Positions 1-7,369 of a stretch of DNA of 64,000 bases are shown here, one piece after another. The notes below the pieces were generated by a model. It was not told the origin of the DNA and did no database searches. It was given only the letters and a program-made list of their open reading frames with translations. Position numbers and translations under genes: made by a program. This DNA is from Chloroflexota bacterium (GTDB lineage: Bacteria; Chloroflexota; Anaerolineae; Anaerolineales; Villigracilaceae): NCBI GenBank assembly GCA_021824575.1, contig JAKAKJ010000082.1, forward strand, positions 50,211 through 114,210, read 5' to 3'. Position 1 is the stretch's first letter. The number at the start of each line of letters is the position of its first letter.

Positions 1-1134
1 GGACGCAAGATGTCCAAAACTTACGGCAATGTGATTGATCCGCTGACTGTCATGGATGACTTTGGCACAGACGCGTTACGCTTCACCCTGCTGGTTAACT
101 CTACCCCGGGCAACGACACAAATATTGATCTTAAGAAGGTGGAGTCCAACCGCAACTTCGCCAATAAGTTGTGGAACGCAGGACGATTTGTAATCAATGC
201 AATCGATTCGCTGGACGGTGGATCGAAGACGGTAGATGGTGGAGGACAAACGGTTCACGGTCAACCGTCCACGGTCTGGACTTTGGCCGATAGTTGGATT
301 TGGGCGCGGCTCGAACAACTCATCCGCGATGTGGAACGACTTTTCCAAACCTTCCAATACGGCGAGGCCGGACGGCAGATTTACGAATTCTTCTGGTCTG
401 ATTTTGCGGATTGGTATGTGGAAATTGCCAAGGAGCAGATGAAGAGAGAAGAGATTAGAGAGCAGACGATTGAAACACTTGCCCGCGTGTTTGATTTGTC
501 ATTGCGGCTCTTGCATCCGTTTACGCCATTTGTCACCGAAGAGATTTGGGGACATCTGCGAAACGCGATTCTCGATTCTCGTATATCGAATATCGCGAAA
601 GATTGGCCTGAAGCATTGATTGCCGCTAAATGGCCGGAGCCAAAACAACTCGAAGGTTGGGAAGATGCGAAGATCGCAGACTTTGCGCTAATCCAGGAGA
701 TCGTGCGCTCGATCCGCAACCTGCGCGCGGAAAAATCCGTTGCGCCTGCAAAGCGTATCGCTGCAAACTTTGCAGCCGGCGAAAAGACTGCGCTCCTGCA
801 ATCGCAAAAATCTGTTATTGCATCGCTTGCAGGTTTGGACGAATCCCAATTTACGATTCAGGATTCGCTTTCATCAAAGCCAAAAGACAGCATGGCGCTT
901 GTGATCGGCACAGTTGAAATTTATATCCCGTTAGCTGGCATGGTTGACCTTGCTGACGAAAAAGCGCGGCTGGAAAAAGAATTGAAAGAGGCCGGATCGC
1001 AAATCGAACGTCTCGAAAAACTTTTGTCCAGTGACTTTGCCAACAAGGCTCCCGCGCCCGTTGTTGCAAAAGAACGAGAAAAGCTGGCAGCGTTCAAAGA
1101 AACAGCAGAGAAACTGAAAACGCAGTTGAGATAA
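1..1134 (+). CDS. valS: Valyl-tRNA synthetase, C-terminal part (5' end lies upstream of the window)
   Basis: The frame of ORF 10..1134 stays open back to base 1 (GRK-MSKTYGNVIDP, the class I KMSKS loop). It also has GTDALRFTL, NFANKLWNA, an anticodon-binding region and a terminal coiled coil (ADEKARLEKELKEAGSQIERLEKLL) typical of ValRS. Confidence 0.9.
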   Translation, partial: GRKMSKTYGNVIDPLTVMDDFGTDALRFTLLVNSTPGNDTNIDLKKVESNRNFANKLWNAGRFVINAIDSLDGGSKTVDGGGQTVHGQPSTVWTLADSWIWARLEQLIRDVERLFQTFQYGEAGRQIYEFFWSDFADWYVEIAKEQMKREEIREQTIETLARVFDLSLRLLHPFTPFVTEEIWGHLRNAILDSRISNIAKDWPEALIAAKWPEPKQLEGWEDAKIADFALIQEIVRSIRNLRAEKSVAPAKRIAANFAAGEKTALLQSQKSVIASLAGLDESQFTIQDSLSSKPKDSMALVIGTVEIYIPLAGMVDLADEKARLEKELKEAGSQIERLEKLLSSDFANKAPAPVVAKEREKLAAFKETAEKLKTQLR

Positions 1135-1138
1135 TTGA

Positions 1139-1176
1139 TTGCGGCACATTCCCATCGAGTGTGCCGCAATTTTATA
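1139..1176 (+). terminator. Rho-independent terminator after valS
   Basis: A 10-bp stem TTGCGGCACA (1139-1148) pairs with TGTGCCGCAA (1160-1169) and is followed by TTTTAT. Confidence 0.6.
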
Positions 1177-1271
1177 TGACGAAATTTTTCAAACCGACGA
1201 CATTCGTCATTTGACGGCCTTCCTGAGATGAATTAACGTAGGCGTGAAATTTTCAAGTAGGAGAAAAAACT

Positions 1272-1466
1272 ATGACAATGAAAATCAAAGAAGACTGCAT
1301 CGCTTGCGGTGCGTGCGTTCCGGAATGCCCGACTGAATCCATCAGCGAGGGCGATGGCATTCTGTACGTCATCAATCAGGACACCTGTGTCGAATGCGAA
1401 GGCCATTACGATTCGCCGCATTGTGTCTCGGTCTGCCCGGTTGAGTGCATCGTCAAAGCCGAGTAG
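1272..1466 (+). CDS. Small 2x[4Fe-4S]-type ferredoxin (YfhL-like)
   Basis: 64 aa. Cluster motifs CIACGACVPECP and CVECEGHYDSPHCVSVCP. AGGAG lies upstream of the ATG. Confidence 0.85.
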   Translation: MTMKIKEDCIACGACVPECPTESISEGDGILYVINQDTCVECEGHYDSPHCVSVCPVECIVKAE

Positions 1467-1527
1467 TTAACGCCTGAAACGAATTTACAATTGAAATTCC
1501 TGCTCGTTGTTTGAACAAGGACGCCCG

Positions 1528-3411
1528 CTATTTCTTTTCGGCCGACTGCTTTGCTGATTTGGGATGCCTGCCATTCGATGAAACGATGGCAGGCGTTTCT
1601 TTTTTGACTCGTGACGGGACATTCGAAGTCAGCCATCCCGGTTCGCGGACGCGCTCCTCGTGCAGACGGCGCAGACGCGCCTCCATCACTGCCGAGCGCC
1701 CAAGATAGCCGACCAGTTTCCGCGGATCACGACGATCCACAACCGGCAGACGGCCAATGTCGTGACGCAGCATCTTGTGCACCGCATCCTCCATCAATTC
1801 ATCAGGATAAGTTACTACAGGTTCGTTATTTCCTGCCTCGAGCACAGTCTTTTCATTGGCCATGTTTGCGGCCACGGTTTTTGTAATATCGCCCCATGTA
1901 ATGATTCCAGCCAGCTGATTCTTTTCATCCACAACCGGAAAACCTTGATGATTTCCTAGTTCTCCGCGCGCAATGCGGTCGGCCAGTTCGCTGACTTTCA
2001 TCGTGCTTGGGACCGCATCAGGCTCGCGGTCCATCACTTCGCCAACATAAATTTGCTGGAGGATATCCGCTTCGTAATCTTGAGGAATGCGGAGTCCGCG
2101 GCGGGCAAGTTTTTCAGTCATGATCGAATTTCGCATCAGGTATAACGCTACGCCGTCCGCGATGACGCAGACCAGCATCAGAGGCAGGATTCCGTTATAG
2201 TCGCGCGTGATCTCGAAGGCAAAGATGATCATCGCAAATGTCGCGCGAGCGGATGATCCAAACACTGCGGCCATTGCAACCAATGCGCAAGCCGCCGGTG
2301 ACAAATTGGCGCCCGGAATGATTTGATTGACGATCATCGCAAATGCCCCGCCCATCGCCGCCCCTGACATGAACATCGGCGCCAGTAGTCCGCCCGAAGT
2401 CCCGGAGCCGAGCGAGATGACCAGCGCCAGAGCTTTGAAGAACATAATGAGCAATAATGTTGACAAGGCCAGGCGCGCATTCAGGATGTCCGTGATGGTG
2501 CCGTAACCAACGCCCAGAACGCGCGGCACAAAGAATCCAATGATGCCCAGGCCCAATGCTCCGATGGCAGGCCGCCAAAGTTTATCAATGGGCAGCCGGT
2601 TGAATTGATCTTCGATCCAGTAGAGAACATTGCTAAAAGCGACTCCCATCAATCCGCACAGAATGCCCAGGAGAAGATAATAAGGCAGTGCAAACGGCAC
2701 ACCAAAATCAATTGGCTGAACGGAAAACAAGGGCCCTGCGCCTATCAAAAGAACATGGATGACGGTTGCCAAGACGCTGGAGATGACCAGCGGAATGAAT
2801 GAGCGGGATTTGAATTCAAACACCAGTAATTCAATGATCAGAACGACAGCTGCAACTGGCGTGTTGAAGGTGGCCGCCATACCTGCGGCTGCGCCGCACG
2901 CCAATAAGACCTTCCGCTCTGCGGCCGTGGTGTGGATCAACTGGCCGACCAGCGAGCCAATCGCTCCGCCAGTCTGGATGATCGGTCCCTCGGCGCCAAA
3001 AGGGCCGCCGGTGCCGATTGCAATCGCCGCCGAGAGCGGCTTCAAGATTGCGACGTTCGGAGCGATGCGGCTCTTGTTGACCAGTACAGCTTCCATGGCT
3101 TCCGGGATGCCATGACCCTTGATTTTTTCCGTTCCATATTTTGCCATCACTCCAACGATCAACCCCCCGATCACCGGGACTACAATCACAAACAATCCTA
3201 ATGGGTTGCTGGTAATATTCGGAAGTTTCAGGGAAAGCCGCTGGAAGAAAACCGCATTGGTCAGGAGCGCGATCAGGGAATAGAGTCCGTATGCGATGAA
3301 ACCCGCGATCAGCCCGATCAGAGCCGATAACGCTGATACGAATAACATGCGGAAATCCCCGGAAGCTTCGACACTTGCAGCGCGCTTATAATCCAAGTCT
3401 TTTCTTTGCAT
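1528..3411 (-). CDS. ClC-family voltage-gated chloride channel/antiporter with C-terminal CBS pair
   Basis: 627 aa polytopic protein. ClC selectivity motifs GKYGTEKIKGHGIPE, GPFGAEGP and GSGTSGGLLAPMF. The C-terminal CBS-like region includes VGEVMDREP and GFPVVDEKNQLAGIIT. Confidence 0.9.
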   Translation of the reverse strand: MQRKDLDYKRAASVEASGDFRMLFVSALSALIGLIAGFIAYGLYSLIALLTNAVFFQRLSLKLPNITSNPLGLFVIVVPVIGGLIVGVMAKYGTEKIKGHGIPEAMEAVLVNKSRIAPNVAILKPLSAAIAIGTGGPFGAEGPIIQTGGAIGSLVGQLIHTTAAERKVLLACGAAAGMAATFNTPVAAVVLIIELLVFEFKSRSFIPLVISSVLATVIHVLLIGAGPLFSVQPIDFGVPFALPYYLLLGILCGLMGVAFSNVLYWIEDQFNRLPIDKLWRPAIGALGLGIIGFFVPRVLGVGYGTITDILNARLALSTLLLIMFFKALALVISLGSGTSGGLLAPMFMSGAAMGGAFAMIVNQIIPGANLSPAACALVAMAAVFGSSARATFAMIIFAFEITRDYNGILPLMLVCVIADGVALYLMRNSIMTEKLARRGLRIPQDYEADILQQIYVGEVMDREPDAVPSTMKVSELADRIARGELGNHQGFPVVDEKNQLAGIITWGDITKTVAANMANEKTVLEAGNNEPVVTYPDELMEDAVHKMLRHDIGRLPVVDRRDPRKLVGYLGRSAVMEARLRRLHEERVREPGWLTSNVPSRVKKETPAIVSSNGRHPKSAKQSAEKK

Positions 3412-3444
3412 ACTTCATTCCTCTAAAAAGAATATCCGAAATTA

Positions 3445-3463
3445 TATATCGTTATGCGATATA
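3445..3463. promoter_or_regulatory. Inverted repeat TATATCG-N5-CGATATA in the divergent ClC/MarR intergenic region (candidate MarR operator)
   Basis: A perfect 7-bp inverted repeat with a 5-nt spacer, 62 nt upstream of the MarR start codon. MarR regulators typically bind such palindromes. Function is inferred. Confidence 0.3.
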
Positions 3464-3524
3464 ATTCAATGGTGGCCTCGAAGAAAATTTCCGCTACAAT
3501 TGGCCGATCAGCACTGGAGGAAAA

Positions 3525-3938
3525 ATGGCTTCCGTTAAACAATCAGAATATGAAGCGCTGGCTGCATTCCGCTATTCGCTGCGGCAATTTCTGCGATTCA
3601 GCGAGGAAGCCGCGCAATCAATTGGTCTGACCCCCCATCAGCATCAGGCTTTATTGGCGATCAAAGGTTTTCCGGGCCGCCAAAGAATCACAATTGGCGA
3701 ACTTGCGGAACGTTTGCAAATCAAACATCACAGTGCGGTGGAACTGGTCAATCGCCTGGTTGCGGATGGCCTCGTCATCCGCGAAGATTCGGAGAAAGAT
3801 CATCGGCAGGTTTTTGTCCTCCTGACCGAACGCGGCACGAATCTTTTGGAACAGCTTGCGGCAACGCACAAACAGGAATTGCGGCGCATCGGCCCGCAAT
3901 TGAATCAACTACTCGAACTTTTGTCGAACGATAAGTGA
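3525..3938 (+). CDS. MarR-family transcriptional regulator
   Basis: 137 aa. Winged-helix pattern (LTPHQHQALLAIK...ITIGELAERLQIKHHSAVELVNRLVADGLV...D.R...V.LT..G). Confidence 0.8.
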   Translation: MASVKQSEYEALAAFRYSLRQFLRFSEEAAQSIGLTPHQHQALLAIKGFPGRQRITIGELAERLQIKHHSAVELVNRLVADGLVIREDSEKDHRQVFVLLTERGTNLLEQLAATHKQELRRIGPQLNQLLELLSNDK

Positions 3939-3953
3939 ATCCTAATTTTTGAG

Positions 3954-3982
3954 TTGACACTGCCACATGCGCTCGTTATAAT
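3954..3982 (+). promoter_or_regulatory. Consensus sigma70-type promoter driving the FMN riboswitch leader
   Basis: TTGACA (3954-3959), a 17-nt spacer, then TATAAT (3977-3982). The riboswitch P1 stem begins ~16 nt downstream. Confidence 0.7.
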
Positions 3983-3995
3983 CTTCTCAACAAAA

Positions 3996-4116
3996 TATCA
4001 ACCTTCGGGGCAGGGTGTAATTCCCGATCGGTGGTAAAGCCCACGAGCCGCAAGATGGCATGAGCCGGTGGAATTCCGGAGCCGACAGTTAAAGTCTGGA
4101 TAGAAGAAGGATTGAC
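3996..4116 (+). promoter_or_regulatory. FMN riboswitch (RFN element) aptamer
   Basis: Conserved RFN core read directly: CTTCGGGGCAGGGTGTAATTCCCGATCGGTGGTAAAGCCCACGAGCC ... GGTGGAATTCCGGAGCCGACAGTTAAAGTCTGGATAGAAGAAGG. P1 pairs 3998-4006 with 4106-4115. Confidence 0.9.
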
Positions 4117-4149
4117 TTGGCCGATGATTCGGACGAGTCCGCTTTGACG

Positions 4150-4180
4150 CCCCCGAAACAATTCGTTTTCGGGTTTTTTG
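4150..4180 (+). terminator. Intrinsic terminator (expression platform of the FMN riboswitch)
   Basis: CCCGAAA (4152-4158) pairs with TTTCGGG (4167-4173), followed by TTTTTT (4174-4179), directly after the aptamer. Confidence 0.7.
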
Positions 4181-4184
4181 TTAA

Positions 4185-4218
4185 GTCCTACGAAGTAGGA
4201 AGGTCCTACGAAGTAGGA
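4185..4218. repeat. Two tandem copies of the hairpin-forming 16-mer GTCCTACGAAGTAGGA (period 18 nt)
   Basis: Copies at 4185-4200 and 4203-4218. Each is itself a palindrome (TCCTAC-GAA-GTAGGA). They lie between the riboswitch terminator and the permease start codon. Confidence 0.8.
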
Positions 4219-4305
4219 TAAGCGGCTCGGTCCGGACTTCGAGCTTTGTTCCACGCCCCGCGGTTTAATCTGTGCGAGGCGTTTTTCTTTTGAAAACGAA
4301 CATAT

Positions 4306-5088
4306 ATGGCTGATGCTCTTCGTAACATTCACCGCAACCGCCGCTGGCTCGGATTGATTTCTTTGCTGATGGGATTGTTCCTCTGGTGGCTGGTTTCGCA
4401 GACGGCGAATCTTCCGTCGTTCATTCTTCCATCGCCGATGGAAGTTTGGTCGCGCTTTTTGGTTGCGCTTGCCGATGGAAGTTTGTTTCTCAACACAGGC
4501 GTCACTTTGTTTGAAATCCTGTGCGGTTTGTTCGCGGGCGCGGGATTGGCAACCGTCATTGGTTATCTTGTTGCGAAATCACGCGCGCTCGAACGCGTGC
4601 TTGCACCGTATCTGGTCGCAAGCCAGGCTGTGCCTCTGGTTGCAATTGCTCCATTACTGGTCATTTGGTTTGGACCGGGAATGTTTTCCAAGATTCTGAT
4701 TTGCGCCTTGATCGTGTTCTTCCCTGTGCTGGTCAATACCGTTGTCGGCGTACGCGCGGTTCCGCCCGCGTTGAACGATTTGATGCATTCCCTGCGCGCC
4801 ACGCGCGGACAAATCCTTCTCAAGCTCGAAATTCCCGCCGCGCTGCCGATTTTTCTCAGTGGGTTGCGAATCGGGGCGACGTTATCGGTGATCGGCGCGG
4901 TGGTGGGGGAACTCGTCGGCTCGGATCGCGGCCTGGGTTTTCTCATCAACATCGGGCGCGGTCAATACGACACGGCGTTGGTATTTGTTGCAATTTTCAT
5001 GTTGATTATCCTTGCGCTGGTTCTTTATGGAATCGTGGCATGGATCGAAAGCCGCGTGTTGAGCTGGCAAGAGTGGAGAAGTCAATAA
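4306..5088 (+). CDS. ribX: ABC transporter permease, NitT/TauT (ThiX-like) family; candidate riboflavin importer permease
   Basis: 260 aa with ~6 TM segments and an EAA-like loop (LNDLMHSLRATRGQILLKLEIPAALP). First gene downstream of the FMN riboswitch. The RibXY assignment rests on the published Chloroflexi FMN-riboswitch regulon, recalled from memory. Confidence 0.7.
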   Translation: MADALRNIHRNRRWLGLISLLMGLFLWWLVSQTANLPSFILPSPMEVWSRFLVALADGSLFLNTGVTLFEILCGLFAGAGLATVIGYLVAKSRALERVLAPYLVASQAVPLVAIAPLLVIWFGPGMFSKILICALIVFFPVLVNTVVGVRAVPPALNDLMHSLRATRGQILLKLEIPAALPIFLSGLRIGATLSVIGAVVGELVGSDRGLGFLINIGRGQYDTALVFVAIFMLIILALVLYGIVAWIESRVLSWQEWRSQ

Positions 5089-5106
5089 ATTCAAAGAGGT
5101 GAAGTT

Positions 5107-6087
5107 ATGTTTCGCAAGTTAGGTTTGCTCATGCTTGTTTTGATGATCGGTCTTTCGGCCTGCAGCAACTCGCAGTCTCAGAATGCCGCGGGATCATTGG
5201 TCCAAATCAAATTGCCGGTTGGATATATTCCCAATATCCAATTCGCACCGTTGTATGTCGCCATTGATAAAGGGTATTTCAAAAACGAAGGCATCCAGAT
5301 TCAATTTGATTATTCGCTCGAAACCGATGCGACGGCTTTGGTCGGCGCGAACAATTTGCAATTCGCCGTCGTTTCAGGCGAGCAGGTTTTGCTGGCGCGC
5401 GCGCAGGGACTGCCTATCGTCTATGTGGGCGCATGGTATCAACAATATCCGGTGTCGGTGGTGTCGAAAGTGGATCAGGGAATTGTCAAGCCTGCCGACT
5501 TGAAAGGCAAGAAGATCGGTCTGCCCGGCTTGTATGGCGCGAGCTATATCGGACTCGATGCACTGTTGTTCGCGGGTGGTTTGACCGAGAAAGACGTGAC
5601 GCTCGATTCGATTGGATTCAATCAAGTCGCGGCGCTGGCCGCGGATAAAGATCAAGCCGTTTCAGTTTACACAACCAACGAACCGATCCAGCTTGCGGCG
5701 CAGGGAATCAAGTTGAACGAAATCCGCGTGGCTGATTATGAGCAATTGGCGTCCAATGGTTTGATCACAAATGAGACAACGATTGCGAAGAATCCCGATC
5801 TGGTGCGCCGCATGGTTTCCGCTTTCTTGAAGGGTCTCGCCGATACGATTGCGAATCCAGGTGAAGCATATACCATAAGCGAAAAGTATGTCCCGAATCT
5901 TTCCGCGGCTGACAAGACTACGCAGATGGAAATCCTTACGCGCTCGATTGATCTGTGGAAGGCGAGCCGACTCGGTTATTCCAATCCGCAGGCATGGCAG
6001 AACATGCAGGATACTTTGCTCAAGATGGGATTATTGAAGCAGTCGTTGGATTTGACCAAAGCATTCACAAATCAATTCGTTCCGTAA
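5107..6087 (+). CDS. ribY: ABC transporter substrate-binding lipoprotein, NMT1/THI5 (ThiY-like) family; candidate riboflavin-binding component
   Basis: 326 aa. Lipoprotein signal (LVLMIGLSAC-S). NMT1-like pattern (GYIPNIQFAPLYVAIDKGYFKNEGI). Same operon as the permease. Confidence 0.7.
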   Translation: MFRKLGLLMLVLMIGLSACSNSQSQNAAGSLVQIKLPVGYIPNIQFAPLYVAIDKGYFKNEGIQIQFDYSLETDATALVGANNLQFAVVSGEQVLLARAQGLPIVYVGAWYQQYPVSVVSKVDQGIVKPADLKGKKIGLPGLYGASYIGLDALLFAGGLTEKDVTLDSIGFNQVAALAADKDQAVSVYTTNEPIQLAAQGIKLNEIRVADYEQLASNGLITNETTIAKNPDLVRRMVSAFLKGLADTIANPGEAYTISEKYVPNLSAADKTTQMEILTRSIDLWKASRLGYSNPQAWQNMQDTLLKMGLLKQSLDLTKAFTNQFVP

Positions 6088-6098
6088 ATATTTTTAAT

Positions 6099-6152
6099 AC
6101 GAAGGGCACAAAGCACATAAAAGAAAATCTTTTCCCTTCGCATCCTTTGCAT
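6099..6152. repeat. Imperfect inverted repeat built from CGAAGG/CAAAGC and CTTCGC/CTTTGC half-sites (REP-like family 2, copy A)
   Basis: ACGAAGGGCACAAAGCAC ... CCCTTCGCATCCTTTGCAT in the gap between the SBP and ATPase genes. Related copies lie at 42484-42541 and 51819-51890. Confidence 0.5.
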
Positions 6153-6172
6153 AAAAAACAAAAACTGTAATC

Positions 6173-6919
6173 ATGACAACTGCGCCTATCCTGACTGTTC
6201 AAGATTTATCTGCCGTGTTTCCCGATAACAATGGCGGTTTGCGCGCATTGCAGAATGTTTCATTTGAAATCTGCCCGCAGGAATTTATTTGTGTGCTTGG
6301 ACCGTCGGGCAGCGGCAAGACCACATTGCTGCGAATCCTTGCCGGGCTTCTAAAACCAACATCCGGCAAAGTGGATTTTGGCAATGGACGCCAGCCGCGC
6401 ATCGGCATGGTCTTTCAGCAAGCCAATCTCATGCCGTGGCGCACGGCGATTCAAAACATCATGCTGCCGCTTGAGTTGGACGGCATGGATCATGACGCGG
6501 CAAAAGAGCGCGCGCGAAAACTGATTGATCTTGTTGGGCTTCAGGGATTCGAGTCATCGCTGCCGCGGGACTTATCTGGCGGGATGGCGCAGCGTGTGGC
6601 GATTGCGCGGGCGCTCATCCATGACCCGGACCTGCTCCTGCTCGATGAGCCTTTCGGGTCGCTGGACGCTTTGACCCGCGAACGCATGTGGACGGAGCTT
6701 TCCCGCATCTGGCAGGCGCGCCAAAAAACGGTCATCATGGTCACGCATTCGATTGAAGAATCTTTATTTCTGGCTGACCGCGTGCTGGTGTTGACTCAGC
6801 GTCCGGGCAGGATCAAACTCGATTTAACGGTGGACATTCCACGTCCGCGCGAAGATGAGATGCGGTACACATCCCATTTTGGAGAATTGGCAAAGAAGTT
6901 GAAGGAAGCGATTGGATGA
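6173..6919 (+). CDS. ABC transporter ATP-binding protein (NitT/TauT family)
   Basis: Walker A GPSGSGKTT, signature LSGGMAQRV, Walker B LLLLDEP, H-loop VTHS. Confidence 0.9.
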   Translation: MTTAPILTVQDLSAVFPDNNGGLRALQNVSFEICPQEFICVLGPSGSGKTTLLRILAGLLKPTSGKVDFGNGRQPRIGMVFQQANLMPWRTAIQNIMLPLELDGMDHDAAKERARKLIDLVGLQGFESSLPRDLSGGMAQRVAIARALIHDPDLLLLDEPFGSLDALTRERMWTELSRIWQARQKTVIMVTHSIEESLFLADRVLVLTQRPGRIKLDLTVDIPRPREDEMRYTSHFGELAKKLKEAIG

Positions 6920-6920
6920 A

Positions 6921-6957
6921 AGAAGGCCGCAGAAAAAATCTGCGGCCTTCTTTTTTA
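6921..6957. terminator. Bidirectional intrinsic terminator between convergent genes
   Basis: AGAAGGCCGCAG (6921-6932) pairs with CTGCGGCCTTCT (6940-6951). An A-run precedes it and a T-run follows. Confidence 0.7.
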
Positions 6958-7209
6958 TACTCTGCGGAGCAGTCTTATCGCAAATAACAAAACTGCCGCA
7001 CCGGCGAAGGCTGTAATGATATTGTTGATGATCCCCGTGCCGATTGAGATGTGTAACACGCCAAACAACCAGCCGCCGATGAAGGCTCCCAAAATGCCGA
7101 TGATCACCGTTCCGATACAACCGGCATTTACGCCACCGATCAGCCATTCAGCCAACAAGCCGGCAATCCCGCCGACGATGACCCAGGTTACGATTGCGTC
7201 CAGTGTCAT
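6955..7209 (-). CDS. GlsB/YeaQ/YmgE-family small membrane protein (transglycosylase-associated)
   Basis: 84 aa. IVGGIAGLLAEWLIGG...IIGILGAFIGGWLFG glycine-zipper TM pattern. Confidence 0.75.
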   Translation of the reverse strand: MTLDAIVTWVIVGGIAGLLAEWLIGGVNAGCIGTVIIGILGAFIGGWLFGVLHISIGTGIINNIITAFAGAAVLLFAIRLLRRV

Positions 7210-7324
7210 AGCGGTCTCCTTTCCTTATGACTTATCGAGGAATTCGGGAATTTGTTATGGGGCGCCGATCATACAAAAGTACGGTCAAACATGAGCGAAT
7301 GTTAATCCTTTCGATGACTGGTTA

Positions 7325-7360
7325 ACAAAAAAAGAGCGACGCATTTTGCGCCGCTCTTTC
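7325..7360 (-). terminator. Intrinsic terminator downstream of the giant surface-protein gene
   Basis: The minus strand reads GGAAAGAGCGGCGCAAAATGCGTCGCTCTTTTTTTG: a stem with one mismatch followed by T7. Confidence 0.6.
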
Positions 7361-7369
7361 CGATTTGGA

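Noticed and set aside
3976-4332. 118-aa minus-strand ORF
   Set aside because: It lies entirely over the FMN riboswitch, its terminator and the tandem hairpins, and has no coding features.
4521-5102. 193-aa plus-strand ORF in an alternative frame of the ABC permease
   Set aside because: The translation is R/G-rich and typical of an off-frame GC-rich reading. The permease frame has TM helices and the EAA loop.
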